Shown here one piece after another: positions 51,853 to 62,367 of a stretch of 64,000 nucleotides of DNA. How positions within the stretch are numbered: the stretch's first letter is position 1; every line of letters starts with the position of its first letter. Made by a program: the position numbers and the translations under genes. The notes under the pieces were generated by a model, which worked only from the letters and a program-made list of their open reading frames with translations, was not told where the DNA came from and made no database searches. Source of the DNA: Nautiliaceae bacterium (lineage in GTDB: Bacteria > Campylobacterota > Campylobacteria > Campylobacterales > Nautiliaceae); contig JBDONT010000043.1 of NCBI GenBank assembly GCA_039831155.1, forward strand, positions 1 through 64,000, written 5' to 3'.

Positions 51853-52269
51853 GTGAAAAAAGCATTTAGTATGTTGGAACTTGTCTTTGTGATTGTAATA
51901 ATCGGTATTTTAGCAGCAGTTGCTATTCCTAAACTTTGGGTAACAAGAGATGATGCTATAGTCGCAAAAATCAGAAGTGACGTTTCAAATATCCGATCGG
52001 CTATTTCTTCTAAATACGGTAAGTATGTTTTAGAAGGAAACGATAGCTGTCCATCGTTAGAAGGGGCTGATGATAACAGACTTTTTGAGGGTGTAATGGC
52101 TTATCCTATCAAAAAAAATAGTGGTTCTATTAAATGGGACGGAAACGGGACGGATTATAATATTACTTGGAATGATAAAGTTTTAAAGTTTCACTATTAT
52201 AATAATCCGGCTGATAATTGTAAATTCGAATGCAATAATACCGATGCTTGTGATGTTATGGGCGAATGA
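51853..52269 (+). CDS. Type IV pilin/pseudopilin
   Basis: [18 protein letters not shown]; four Cys. Confidence 0.88.
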   Translation: MKKAFSMLELVFVIVIIGILAAVAIPKLWVTRDDAIVAKIRSDVSNIRSAISSKYGKYVLEGNDSCPSLEGADDNRLFEGVMAYPIKKNSGSIKWDGNGTDYNITWNDKVLKFHYYNNPADNCKFECNNTDACDVMGE

Positions 52270-54062
52270 GATATTATGATGTAGCTATTATCAATACTCC
52301 TAAAGTCTTTACATATGAGAGTGAAGATGAGTTGAAAGAGGGGGATGTAGTTGAAGTTGAAGTTAAAAGTCGTATAGTTTCAGGATATGTAATAAAAGAA
52401 GTTGAAAAACCGGATTTTAAATGTAAGCCGGTTATAAAAAAGCTTTTTTCTTTTTCTCCCAATAAACAAAAAATTATAAATTTTATCTCTTCTTATTATG
52501 TAGCTCCCATAGGTGAGGTTGTTTCTCTTTTTTTCAAAGGAGAGTCTTTTATATCTCCTAAAGATATTAATACAAATATTAATTTAACTCCCAAACAACA
52601 GGAAGCTTTTTCGTTTTTAAATAAAAATAATGTTTCTATTCTTTTTGGGGATACCGGAAGCGGAAAAACAGAAATTTATATAAAACTTATCGAAAAGACC
52701 TTAAAGAAGGGAAAAGAAGCTCTTTTTTTACTTCCCGAAATTGCAATTACTTCTCAAATGGAAAAAAGGTTAAAAGTTCATTTTAAAGATACTTTGGCTA
52801 TTTGGCATAGTAAAGTTACAAAAAAGACAAAAGAAAAGATTTTAAACGGTATAGCAAAAGGGGAGATAAAAGTAGTGGCCGGGGCTAGGAGTGCACTTTT
52901 TTTACCTTTTGAGAATTTGGGGTTAGTTATTGTGGATGAAGAACACGACGATAGTTATAAAAGCGAATCGATACCTAAATACAACGCAAAAGATTTGGCT
53001 ATTTATTTCGGTAAAGTATATGGGGCGAAAGTTGTTTTAGGGAGTGCTACGCCTCTTGTTAGCGATTTGTATAAGTTTCCTTATTTTAGACTTAAAGGGA
53101 CTTTTTTTAACACCACAAAAAAAAGATATTTTAGGGAAAGTTTTGACGAGTTTATTATTGATAAAATATCCGAAACTCTTAAAAATAAAAAACAGATAAT
53201 AATATTTTTACCTACAAGGGCGAATTTTAAATATATGATTTGTGCTAATTGTGCAAAAGCGGTAAAATGTAAATATTGCGATGTTGCTATGAGTGTGCAT
53301 AAAAATAAAAGGGCACTTGTTTGTCATTATTGTAATTACACTTCCCAAATTCCTAATAGATGTGAATTTTGTGGGGGAGAAGAGTTTATAAACGAAAGAA
53401 TAGGGACTAGTGAATTAAAAGAGAAGCTTGAGGAGTTGTTTTCAAATGCCGTAATTGAAAAATTTGATAGAGATATAGTGACTTCCAAAACAAGAATTGA
53501 GAAAATTTTAAAAAGATTTGCAAATAAAGAGATTGATATTTTAGTAGGTACTCAAATGCTTGCAAAAGGGCACGATTATCCGGATGTTGCTTTGAGTGTG
53601 GTTTTGGATATAGATTTTGTTTTAAATAGTGCAGATTTTAGGGCAAGTGAGAGGGCTTTTGCTTTGGCTAAGCAGGTTGAGGGGAGGGCTGGTAGAAGAA
53701 GTGATGGAGAAGTTATTATTCAAACATTAAACAGAGAATTTTTTGATAGGAGTTATGAAGAGTTTTATGAAGAAGAGATTGAATTTAGAAAAGATTTAGG
53801 CTATCCTCCTTTTAACAGGCTAATTAGAATTGAGTTTCAAAGTAAAAAGAAAGAAGAGGCGTTTTTAAATATGCAGAAGTTTTTAAAGTGTTTGGGAGAT
53901 AAAGAGGAGATTGTGGGAAGTGGAGAGGCTCCTATTTTTAAGATCAATAATATTTATAGATATCAAGTTTTATTAAAAGGCAAAAATCTTCATAAACTTA
54001 TTGCTCCTTGTGTGGATTTGAGTAAAATGAAAGTAGATGTAGACCCGGTTAGTTTTGTTTGA
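52266..54062 (+). CDS. priA: Primosomal protein N'
   Basis: [19 protein letters not shown], four Cxx[16 protein letters not shown]. Confidence 0.95.
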   Translation: MRYYDVAIINTPKVFTYESEDELKEGDVVEVEVKSRIVSGYVIKEVEKPDFKCKPVIKKLFSFSPNKQKIINFISSYYVAPIGEVVSLFFKGESFISPKDINTNINLTPKQQEAFSFLNKNNVSILFGDTGSGKTEIYIKLIEKTLKKGKEALFLLPEIAITSQMEKRLKVHFKDTLAIWHSKVTKKTKEKILNGIAKGEIKVVAGARSALFLPFENLGLVIVDEEHDDSYKSESIPKYNAKDLAIYFGKVYGAKVVLGSATPLVSDLYKFPYFRLKGTFFNTTKKRYFRESFDEFIIDKISETLKNKKQIIIFLPTRANFKYMICANCAKAVKCKYCDVAMSVHKNKRALVCHYCNYTSQIPNRCEFCGGEEFINERIGTSELKEKLEELFSNAVIEKFDRDIVTSKTRIEKILKRFANKEIDILVGTQMLAKGHDYPDVALSVVLDIDFVLNSADFRASERAFALAKQVEGRAGRRSDGEVIIQTLNREFFDRSYEEFYEEEIEFRKDLGYPPFNRLIRIEFQSKKKEEAFLNMQKFLKCLGDKEEIVGSGEAPIFKINNIYRYQVLLKGKNLHKLIAPCVDLSKMKVDVDPVSFV

Positions 54063-55548
54063 GTTTTTCCGGGTCTATTGCTACTTTATAATCCGGGTCA
54101 TCTTCTTCATAAGTGCAATAAGGTCCGGCAACTTCAAGAAGTTTTTTACACTCATTACTTAGGTGTCTAATTGTTAGTTTTTTGCCTGCTTGAATATACT
54201 TTTTTGTGATTTTATCAATTGCCTCAACTCCGCTGCTGTCCATAACGCGAACGTTTTTAAAATCCATTACCACTTCATTGGGGTCGTTTTTTACATCAAA
54301 ACTCTCAATAAAACTTCTGCTGCTTCCAAAAAAGAGAGGTCCTTCAAATTCATATATCTTTTTATTGCCTTCTTGATAAGTTTTATAATAAACTTTTGCG
54401 TGTTTCCAAGCAAATACGAGGGTTGATATTATAACCCCGCTTATTACTGCAATTGCAAGGTCTGTAAAGATTGTAATTAGGGTAGTTACTATTAAAATAA
54501 ACGCATCTTCTTTTGGAATTCTTTTTAGTTTATCAATACTTGCCCATTCAAATGTTGCGATACTTACCATAAACATAATTCCAATTAATACTGCAAGTGG
54601 AATTTTTTCAATCCAGTTTGATAAAAAGACTACAAATAAAATTATTAAAATTGCAGCACTAATCCCACTAAGTCTCCCGCGTCCTCCTGATGTGTGGTTA
54701 ATAATAGTCTGACCTATCATCGCACATCCAGCCATTCCTCCAAACATTCCACTAACTGCATTCCCAGCCCCAAGTGCTTTTGCTTCTTTGTTACCGTTTC
54801 CTCTCTCACCACTTAACTCTTCTAAAACTTCAAGAGTAAGAAGTGATTCAATAAGCCCAACTAACGCCATAATTATCGCATAAGGCAAAACGATTTTTAA
54901 AGTTTCAAGGTTTAGAGGAACATCTGGGAAATGAAAGCTTGGGAATTCTCCTTTTATATGTGCTAAATCACCAATTGTTTTTGTATCTATATGAAAGCCC
55001 CAAACAATTGTCGTAATTATAAGAATTGCTCCAAGTCCGGCAGGGATTGCTTTTGTAAATTTAGGAAGAAAGTACATTATTGCCATAGTAAGTGCCACTA
55101 AAATATAAATCCAAAAACTCTCTCCTTTGAAAAATTGAAATTGAGAATAAGCAATTACAATAGCAAGCCCGTTTACAAATCCATAGACTACCGGCATTGG
55201 TACAAGACGGATAAATTTAGCAAATCCAAATAACCCTACCAAAATTTGAATAATCCCGGCAAGTATAGCCGCAAGATAGAGGTATTCTATGCCGTATTTT
55301 TGCACAAGAGATACCACAACCACTGCAACACTCCCGGCCGCCCCGCTTATAAGCCCGGGTTTCCCTCCAAAAGCCGCTGCAATAAGCCCTAAAATAAAAG
55401 CTGTATAAAGCCCAACAACCGGAGATACTCCGGCAACAAACGAAAATGCAATTACTTCCGGAATCAAAGCAACCGATACGACAATTCCTGCTAAAATATC
55501 ATTTTTTGTGTTTTTTGCGTTATAATTTTGCAAAATTTTAGAAAACAA
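54049..55548 (-). CDS. SulP/SLC26 anion transporter with STAS domain
   Basis: [42 protein letters not shown] start after AAAGGA. Confidence 0.92.
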   Translation of the reverse strand: MFSKILQNYNAKNTKNDILAGIVVSVALIPEVIAFSFVAGVSPVVGLYTAFILGLIAAAFGGKPGLISGAAGSVAVVVVSLVQKYGIEYLYLAAILAGIIQILVGLFGFAKFIRLVPMPVVYGFVNGLAIVIAYSQFQFFKGESFWIYILVALTMAIMYFLPKFTKAIPAGLGAILIITTIVWGFHIDTKTIGDLAHIKGEFPSFHFPDVPLNLETLKIVLPYAIIMALVGLIESLLTLEVLEELSGERGNGNKEAKALGAGNAVSGMFGGMAGCAMIGQTIINHTSGGRGRLSGISAAILIILFVVFLSNWIEKIPLAVLIGIMFMVSIATFEWASIDKLKRIPKEDAFILIVTTLITIFTDLAIAVISGVIISTLVFAWKHAKVYYKTYQEGNKKIYEFEGPLFFGSSRSFIESFDVKNDPNEVVMDFKNVRVMDSSGVEAIDKITKKYIQAGKKLTIRHLSNECKKLLEVAGPYCTYEEDDPDYKVAIDPEKLKQN

Positions 55549-55603
55549 GTATAATCCTTTAGATGATTTTGGGGCGTGATTATACCATAATAAAGGATAA
55601 ATT

Positions 55604-56098
55604 ATGTTTAAAAAAGTAGGTGAGTATTTTACCAATAAAGACGAGGAGTTTTTAAAAAAAAGCGATTTGGTTATTTTTTGGAACGAAGCTCCTAAGAAAC
55701 TTATAAAAAATTACGTAGTACTAGGAGGAGAAGATACTCACTCAAAAGTTGATATAAAAAGGGCTGATAAGGATTTGGCACTTCTTTTGGCAAGACTTGC
55801 TTATGTTTTTGAGATTTATGACGAAGAGTTAAAAGATAGTGAGGAGTTTGAGGATTTTGTGGATATTTTAAAAGGTGTAAGGGTAAAAACTCAAATAAAA
55901 AAACATTTAACTACTCTTGAGGAGGTGAGCGGGGTTTTGTATTTAATAGACTCTTCAGATAAGGTTAGTATTATTTTAGGTAATGTGGACGAAGAAGAGG
56001 TCGAAGGTGTGATTAGTTTTGCTAAGATGTTTGGTGATAAAATCGGTATTTTTTCAAAAAAAGATATCAGCGATAAAGAGATAGAGTTTTATGAATAA
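55604..56098 (+). CDS. Hypothetical protein
   Basis: 164-aa acidic ORF with AAGGA RBS, upstream of argD. Confidence 0.6.
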   Translation: MFKKVGEYFTNKDEEFLKKSDLVIFWNEAPKKLIKNYVVLGGEDTHSKVDIKRADKDLALLLARLAYVFEIYDEELKDSEEFEDFVDILKGVRVKTQIKKHLTTLEEVSGVLYLIDSSDKVSIILGNVDEEEVEGVISFAKMFGDKIGIFSKKDISDKEIEFYE

Positions 56099-56107
56099 GG
56101 AGATAAA

Positions 56108-57265
56108 ATGAATTATTTGTTAAATACTTACGCAAGATTTGACGTAAAGTTTGAAAAAGGAGTTAATGCCACTTTGTGGGATGAAAAAGGAGAGAGTTAT
56201 ATAGATTTTACAAGCGGTATTGGGGTTGTAAGTGTAGGGCATGGGAATAAAAGATTAGCTAATATCATATGTAAACAAGTGAATAATATTATTCACATTT
56301 CAAATCTTTACAGAATTCCTTCTCAAGAAGAGCTTGCGGAGATTTTAGTTAAAAAGAGTGGAATTGATGGAGGAGTGTTTTTTTGCAATAGCGGGGCTGA
56401 GGCAAATGAGACTGCTCTTAAAATTGCAAGAAAGTATGGAGAGGTTAATGGAGAGATTAAAAGGTATAAAATAATTACCCTTAAAAATTCATTTCACGGA
56501 AGAACTATCTCAACTCTAAAAGCAACAGGTCAACCAAAATTTCATCAATATTTTGGACCATTTCCTGATGGCTTTACATATGCAGAGGATATAAAGGATA
56601 TCTATAATAAAGTAGATGATAAGACAATTGGAGTAATGATTGAGCTGATTCAAGGGGAAGGTGGAGTTAATCCTTTTGATAAAAAAGAGATTCAAGAGTT
56701 GGCTGAATTTTTAAAATCAAAAGATATTTTACTTATTGTGGATGAGGTTCAAACAGGTATTTACCGCACTGGTGAATTTTTAGCAAGTAATTTATATGAG
56801 ATAACCCCAGATATTGTAACTCTTGCAAAAGGACTTGGTGGAGGGGTTCCTATTGGAGCTGTAATTACAAGGCTTACCGATGTATTACAACCGGGAGACC
56901 ACGGAAGTACGTTTGGAGGAAACTATCTTGCCACAAGGGCTGCAATTGAGGTAATTAGAATTTTAGAAGATGAGGAGAATAAATTAAAAGATACGATAGA
57001 GTATTTTGAAGATAAAATGGTTGAAATTGTAAAAGAGTTTCCTAGGTTGTTTGATAATATAAGTGGATACGGGCTAATGAGAGCTATAAAAGCTAAAAAC
57101 AGCGAAATTAGAGATGAAGTTGTAAAAAAAGCGTTTGAAAATAGAGTGCTTGTATTAAAAGCCGGAGAAAAGTCGGTTAGATTTTTGCCGCCTCTTACTA
57201 TAAGTAAAGAAGAGATTGACGAGGGATTTGACAGATTAAAAGATGCAATTAGCGGAGTTAATTGA
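56108..57265 (+). CDS. argD: Acetylornithine aminotransferase
   Basis: NSGAEANE, SFHGRT, IQGEGG, DEVQTG, LAKGLGGG, HGSTFGGN. Confidence 0.92.
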   Translation: MNYLLNTYARFDVKFEKGVNATLWDEKGESYIDFTSGIGVVSVGHGNKRLANIICKQVNNIIHISNLYRIPSQEELAEILVKKSGIDGGVFFCNSGAEANETALKIARKYGEVNGEIKRYKIITLKNSFHGRTISTLKATGQPKFHQYFGPFPDGFTYAEDIKDIYNKVDDKTIGVMIELIQGEGGVNPFDKKEIQELAEFLKSKDILLIVDEVQTGIYRTGEFLASNLYEITPDIVTLAKGLGGGVPIGAVITRLTDVLQPGDHGSTFGGNYLATRAAIEVIRILEDEENKLKDTIEYFEDKMVEIVKEFPRLFDNISGYGLMRAIKAKNSEIRDEVVKKAFENRVLVLKAGEKSVRFLPPLTISKEEIDEGFDRLKDAISGVN

Positions 57266-58449
57266 TGAGATACGCTTTAGTCTTTTTACCCCTTTTTCTA
57301 TTTGCTTCTTTGCTTAGCGATTTAAAACAAAAAGAACTTAGTTACGATAAAAACTTCACCTTAGAAGATAGTAAAGAGACGAAAAAATCGTGGATTAATC
57401 CTATAATGATTCAATATAACTACTCAAAAGACAACTCACTTGAGAGTATTAAAACTACCAATCAGCTTTTAAGTATCAGTATTAGTCAGCCTATTTTTAA
57501 AAGTGGGGCGATTTATTATTCTATTAAGTATGCTAATGATTTAAAAGATTATAATCTAAAAGATTTGGAATTAAAAAGACGAGAACTTATCAAAAATGCC
57601 CTTGACTTAGCGTTTGATTATAAAATAGCCGTATTAAATAAAAAAATTTCTCTTTTAAATATAGAAAATACGAAAATAGACGTTTTGAGAAAAAAAGAGG
57701 CTTTTTTAAATGGAGTCGGCGATTCTTCGTTGTTGAATAACGCAATTTTGTCTTTAAATAATTTAAGACTTTCTTTAGAGGATTTAAATTTTCAAATAGA
57801 GTCTTTAAAACTAAACTTCAAAAACATATCAACTATGGACATTTCAAAAGTCAAACTTCCAAGGTTTAAGTTAATCTCTAAAAATGAATTTATTGAAAAC
57901 AACCTTGAGTTTTTAAAACAGCAAAGACTAAAAAAAGTAAAATACGACCTTTATAAAATGCAAATAGGAAATCAGCTTTTGAGTTTGAATTTAAACGCTT
58001 CTTATAACTGGCAGGATATTGAATATTCAAAAACGACTCCTACTCTAAAAAGTAATTCCACAAATTACTATAAAATTGGATTTTCTGTTTCTATGCCTAT
58101 TAGTTTTAACGCTTTGAATAAAATTCAAAAATCAAAAATAGATTATCTAAAATCAGCCCTTTTGGTGGAAGATAAAAAAAACGAACTTTTAAATCTTTAT
58201 AAAAGCACTCTGTTTAAAATAAAAACTTTGGATAAAAAGATTAAAATCTATAAAGAAAACGTAAAAGTTTATGACGATTTAATAGCTTCTACCGAAGATT
58301 CCATAGAAGTCGGAAACGCTACGAATTTGGATTTGAAAATTTTAGAAAATTCTAAAAAAATGATGGTTTTGAATATGGAAGTTTTAAAATTACAAAAACA
58401 AAAGACTCTTTTAGAAGTTTATTATAAACTTATCAATTGGAATAATTAA
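57265..58449 (+). CDS. TolC-family outer membrane protein
   Basis: Signal peptide, SQPIFKSG and FSVSMPI beta/helix repeat pattern. Confidence 0.7.
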   Translation: MRYALVFLPLFLFASLLSDLKQKELSYDKNFTLEDSKETKKSWINPIMIQYNYSKDNSLESIKTTNQLLSISISQPIFKSGAIYYSIKYANDLKDYNLKDLELKRRELIKNALDLAFDYKIAVLNKKISLLNIENTKIDVLRKKEAFLNGVGDSSLLNNAILSLNNLRLSLEDLNFQIESLKLNFKNISTMDISKVKLPRFKLISKNEFIENNLEFLKQQRLKKVKYDLYKMQIGNQLLSLNLNASYNWQDIEYSKTTPTLKSNSTNYYKIGFSVSMPISFNALNKIQKSKIDYLKSALLVEDKKNELLNLYKSTLFKIKTLDKKIKIYKENVKVYDDLIASTEDSIEVGNATNLDLKILENSKKMMVLNMEVLKLQKQKTLLEVYYKLINWNN

Positions 58450-58502
58450 CTTTGTAAAAGTGTTTCTAAAAGTTACGAGTAGAAAAAAAATTATTACTTA
58501 AT

Positions 58503-58563
58503 GTAACAATTGTTACTATTCACACTTAAAATATCTTATTTTAATATAAGTTTTTGTTATAAT
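58503..58563 (+). promoter_or_regulatory. Promoter of the flavoprotein gene with an upstream palindrome
   Basis: Perfect palindrome GTAACAATTGTTAC at 58503-58516; extended -10 TGTTATAAT at 58555-58563. Confidence 0.65.
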
Positions 58564-58593
58564 ACTACAATATTTATAATTTAAAGGAGTGAT

Positions 58594-60300
58594 ATGAAAG
58601 TTGACGTTTTAATTGTAGGTGCCGGCGGAGCGGGACTTTATGCGGCATTGAGTGCGGCACAGGAAGCCAAGGGTATGGAAATAGCCGTTCTTACCAAAGT
58701 GTATCCGACACGTTCGCATACCGGTGCGGCACAGGGAGGTGTTAATGCGGCTCTTGCGAATGTCGACCCTACCGACAGTGAGGAGCTGCATACGTTTGAT
58801 ACTGTTAAGGGAAGCGATTATTTGGCCGACCAGAAAGCCACTAAATATATGTGTTATGAAGCTCCGAGAATTATCAGGGAAATGGAGCATATGGGTGTGC
58901 CGTTCAGCAGACTAAACAACGGTAAAATAGCCCAAAGACCTTTCGGAGGTGCAAGTAAAGACAGAACATGTTACAGTGCCGATAAAATGGGGCATGTAAT
59001 GCTTCATACGTTATACGAACAGTGTATTAAACACGGTATAAAATTTTTAAACGAATGGTTTATGTTAAATATCGCTCACGACGGAGAGAGACTTCAGGGT
59101 GTAACCGCAATTAATATTGCAACGGGTGAAATTCAGTTTATCCACGCAAAAGCGGTAATTTTGGCAACCGGAGGACACAGCAGGATTTACTGGGGGTATA
59201 CTTCAAACGCTCTGGGATGTACGGGAGACGGAACGGCTGCGGCACTTAGAGCCGGACTTCCTCTTAAAGATATGGAATTTTTACAATTTCACCCAACCGG
59301 TCTTAGAAAATCCGCGATTTTAGTATCTGAAGCGGCAAGAGGAGAAGGGGGGCATCTTTTAAACAACAGGGGCGAAAGATTTATGAGTAAATATGCTCCT
59401 GAAAAAATGGAGCTCGGTCCTAGGGATTTGGTCGCAAGAAGTATTATGACCGAAATCAGGGAAGGCAGAGGATTTAAAGATGAAGAGGGAAGAGAATACG
59501 TTCATTTGGATTTAACTCATCTTGGGGCTGAAAAAATCAAAGAAAGACTTCCTCAAATCAGGGAACTTACAATTGATTTTGAGGGAATAGACCCTATAAA
59601 AGAAGCTATCCCGATTAAGCCTACGGCTCACTATGCGATGGGTGGAATCCACACCGACGTAAAATGCGAAACACCGGTTGCCGGTATTTATGCGGCGGGT
59701 GAGGCACAGTGCGTAAGCGTTCATGGAGCGAACAGACTTGGCGGTAATTCGCTTCTTGATATCGTGGTATTCGGACACGTAGCAGGTAAAGAAGCGGTAA
59801 GATATGCGGAAGGTACCGACTTTGCGAGAGGAGGTCAGGGGCAGCTTAAAGACGACGTTAAATTTATTCAGGAGTTGTTTGACAGGGAAAGCAAAGAAAC
59901 TTTAGGTGATTTAAGAGAAGAACTAGGTGAGATTATGTTCAGACATTTCGGTGTGTTTAAAAACGAAAAAGAGATGCAAGAGGGATATGAAAAACTTAAG
60001 AATTTAATCGAAAGGGCAAATACGAACCTTGCGGTGGAAGACAAGTCGAAAGTATTTAATACCGACTTACAAAGTCTTCTTGAATTTTACAATTTACTTG
60101 AAATTGCGGATGTTCTGGCTTACGCTTCGCTTCAGAGAAAAGAATCCCGCGGGAGTTTTTACAGGGATGATTATCCAAAAAGAGATGATGAAAACTTCCT
60201 GTATCATTCAATGATTACTAAAAACAGTGACGGAAGTTTTAAATATGAAAAAGGTGAAGTCGATTTAAGCCTTTACGAACCGGCTGAACGTAAATATTAA
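58594..60300 (+). CDS. sdhA: Succinate dehydrogenase/fumarate reductase flavoprotein
   Basis: GAGGAG, RSHTGAAQGG, QFHPT, SEAARGEG, HYAMGG, HGANRLGGNSL; no Tat signal. Confidence 0.93.
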   Translation: MKVDVLIVGAGGAGLYAALSAAQEAKGMEIAVLTKVYPTRSHTGAAQGGVNAALANVDPTDSEELHTFDTVKGSDYLADQKATKYMCYEAPRIIREMEHMGVPFSRLNNGKIAQRPFGGASKDRTCYSADKMGHVMLHTLYEQCIKHGIKFLNEWFMLNIAHDGERLQGVTAINIATGEIQFIHAKAVILATGGHSRIYWGYTSNALGCTGDGTAAALRAGLPLKDMEFLQFHPTGLRKSAILVSEAARGEGGHLLNNRGERFMSKYAPEKMELGPRDLVARSIMTEIREGRGFKDEEGREYVHLDLTHLGAEKIKERLPQIRELTIDFEGIDPIKEAIPIKPTAHYAMGGIHTDVKCETPVAGIYAAGEAQCVSVHGANRLGGNSLLDIVVFGHVAGKEAVRYAEGTDFARGGQGQLKDDVKFIQELFDRESKETLGDLREELGEIMFRHFGVFKNEKEMQEGYEKLKNLIERANTNLAVEDKSKVFNTDLQSLLEFYNLLEIADVLAYASLQRKESRGSFYRDDYPKRDDENFLYHSMITKNSDGSFKYEKGEVDLSLYEPAERKY

Positions 60301-60305
60301 TGAAG

Positions 60306-60365
60306 AATTGAGAATGGAGAACGGAGAATTTTTAATTCTTAATTCTCGACTCTACATTCTCAATT
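60306..60365. repeat. 25-bp imperfect inverted repeat made of heptamer units
   Basis: AATTGAGAATGGAGAACGGAGAATT / AATTCTCGACTCTACATTCTCAATT, 21/25 paired, 10-nt loop. Confidence 0.8.
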
Positions 60366-60372
60366 TTAAAAA

Positions 60373-60449
60373 TGGTCTCCCGGGCGGGATTTGAACCCAC
60401 GACCTTCGGATTAGGAATCCGATGCTCTATCCGACTGAGCTACCGGGAG
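60373..60449 (-). tRNA. tRNA-Arg(CCU)
   Basis: CTCCCGG/CCGGGAG acceptor stem, TCGGA-TTCCTAA-TCCGA anticodon arm, TTCAAAT, CCA. Confidence 0.96.
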
Positions 60450-60515
60450 GTAATTAAAATTATAACAAAAAATTAAATAGTTATTTTAAAATATGTTATG
60501 CAAAAAGGAAGAGTT

Positions 60516-61475
60516 ATGAAAAAAATTAAATACATAACGAGAATAAAAAGATACAACCCCGATACTAAAAAGAGTTATTGGCAAGATTTTGAGGTTGAGG
60601 TTGAAGATAGTTTAACGGTTCTTGAACTTTTAATGTATATAAAAGATAAAATTGATGAAAGTTTAACTTTCAGAGCGTTTTGCAGAAGTGCCATTTGCGG
60701 TAGCTGTGCTATGATTATTAATGGACGTGCCGGGCTTTCTTGTAAGATTCAGGCAAAGGATAAAATCAAAAACGGGGTTATAAAAATAGAACCCCTTAAC
60801 CATTTACCGGTAATAAAGGATTTGGTTGTAGACCAAGAACCGGCATTCGACAAACTCAAAAAAGTAAAACCGTACCTTGACCCCGATCCTAAAAAAGTTC
60901 CGGATAATTTGAAAGTCGAATCTTTGGTGTTGCCGGAAGAAGTTGCCAAATACGACAAACAGACGGACTGTATTTTATGTATGGCGTGTTACGGTCAGTG
61001 TAACGCACTTGAGGGTGAAGCCGCATATCTCGGACCGTTTCAGCTTACAAAAGCGTTTAGATTTATAATGGATTCAAGAGACGGTATGGACGTTGAAGAG
61101 AGAATTAAACTTGTAGAAGAGAATGGAATTTGGGATTGTGTACAGTGTCAAATGTGTCTTGCTGCTTGTCCTAAAGGAATTAAACCGGCTGAAGATATAT
61201 TCGAACTTAGAAGAATAGCAAAAGACACCGGAGAAGAAAATATTGCAACAAGACGTGCTAAGTTCTGGTTTGCTACTGTATTTGAAACCGGACAAATTGA
61301 TAAATGGCATTTACCGGAAGTTGCGTTTAACGATGAAAAAGGAAAAGAGATCACTAAAAAGCTTGAAGAAGAGTTTAGAAGTAGAGGGATGAAAGAAGAT
61401 GAGTTTGGGCCTAAACCGTTTGATGGAATTAAAGACTTCCAGAAATTTATTAAAAAACTTGAAAAGGAACTATAA
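60516..61475 (+). CDS. sdhB: Succinate dehydrogenase/fumarate reductase Fe-S subunit (long form)
   Basis: CRSAICGSC..C, CILCMACYGQC, CVQCQMCLAACP; C-terminal extension. Confidence 0.9.
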   Translation: MKKIKYITRIKRYNPDTKKSYWQDFEVEVEDSLTVLELLMYIKDKIDESLTFRAFCRSAICGSCAMIINGRAGLSCKIQAKDKIKNGVIKIEPLNHLPVIKDLVVDQEPAFDKLKKVKPYLDPDPKKVPDNLKVESLVLPEEVAKYDKQTDCILCMACYGQCNALEGEAAYLGPFQLTKAFRFIMDSRDGMDVEERIKLVEENGIWDCVQCQMCLAACPKGIKPAEDIFELRRIAKDTGEENIATRRAKFWFATVFETGQIDKWHLPEVAFNDEKGKEITKKLEEEFRSRGMKEDEFGPKPFDGIKDFQKFIKKLEKEL

Positions 61476-62302
61476 TGAAAAAGATAGGTATTTATCCTGG
61501 ATGCTGTTTTCAAGGGGCAGACATCCACAATTACGATATTACTGAAGATTTTTTAAGTAAAATGGGTGTTGAGGGAGTTTTACTTGAAAAAAGTGCTTGT
61601 TGTGGTGGTGGAGTAATTGATGAGACAAATAAAATGATAGTTTACGGTTTAAATGCCAGAAATATAGCTTTAGCAGAAGAAAAAGGAGTTGATTTATATA
61701 CTCCTTGTAATACGTGTTATATGATTATCGCAAAAACCAAACTCGCACTTGATTCCGACCCGGAACTTAAAGAAAAAATTAATAAAATTTTGGCTGAAGA
61801 GGGACTTGAGTATAAGGGGGAAGCTAAAATTTATCATACTTTAAATTTAATTAGAGATTTTGTTGGAATGGATGAATATAAAAGTAAAATTAAAAGAAAA
61901 CTAGAAGGTATAAAAGTAGCTCCATATTATGGATGTCACGTTCTAGCACCAAATGAAGTTTCACTTGATGATCCGGAAAATCCTACTGTTTTAAAAGAAA
62001 TACTTGAACCTTTAGGTGTTGAGGTTGTTGAAGGGTATCAACACGAACAAACTTGCTGTGGATATCATGCAAGATATACAAACCCTGAACAAAAAGAAAA
62101 ACTTGCAGTAAAACCTCTAGAGGGGGCTAAAGAAGCCGGAGCAGATATTGTGGCGACTCCTTGTCCATTATGCCATAAAGCGATGGACGGATATGAAGAG
62201 CCGATTTTACAGGTTACACAGCTAATTAACGTTGCTTGCGGTTCGACTCCACAAGAAGCGTTTTGGAATATTAATAAAACGGAAGTTAAAATCTCTTTAT
62301 AA
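61475..62302 (+). CDS. CCG-domain (HdrB/SdhE-like) subunit
   Basis: YPGC..CCGGG..PCNTC and YYGC..CCG..PCPLC. Confidence 0.88.
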   Translation: MKKIGIYPGCCFQGADIHNYDITEDFLSKMGVEGVLLEKSACCGGGVIDETNKMIVYGLNARNIALAEEKGVDLYTPCNTCYMIIAKTKLALDSDPELKEKINKILAEEGLEYKGEAKIYHTLNLIRDFVGMDEYKSKIKRKLEGIKVAPYYGCHVLAPNEVSLDDPENPTVLKEILEPLGVEVVEGYQHEQTCCGYHARYTNPEQKEKLAVKPLEGAKEAGADIVATPCPLCHKAMDGYEEPILQVTQLINVACGSTPQEAFWNINKTEVKISL

Positions 62303-62367
62303 CTTCTTTTTTCTTTTTTCAGTATAAATTCATCTAAATATTTTATAATTTTTAAAAAGGATTAACG

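Noticed and set aside
60303-60367. Short repeats as a possible CRISPR array
   Set aside because: 7-bp units, no spacers and no cas genes
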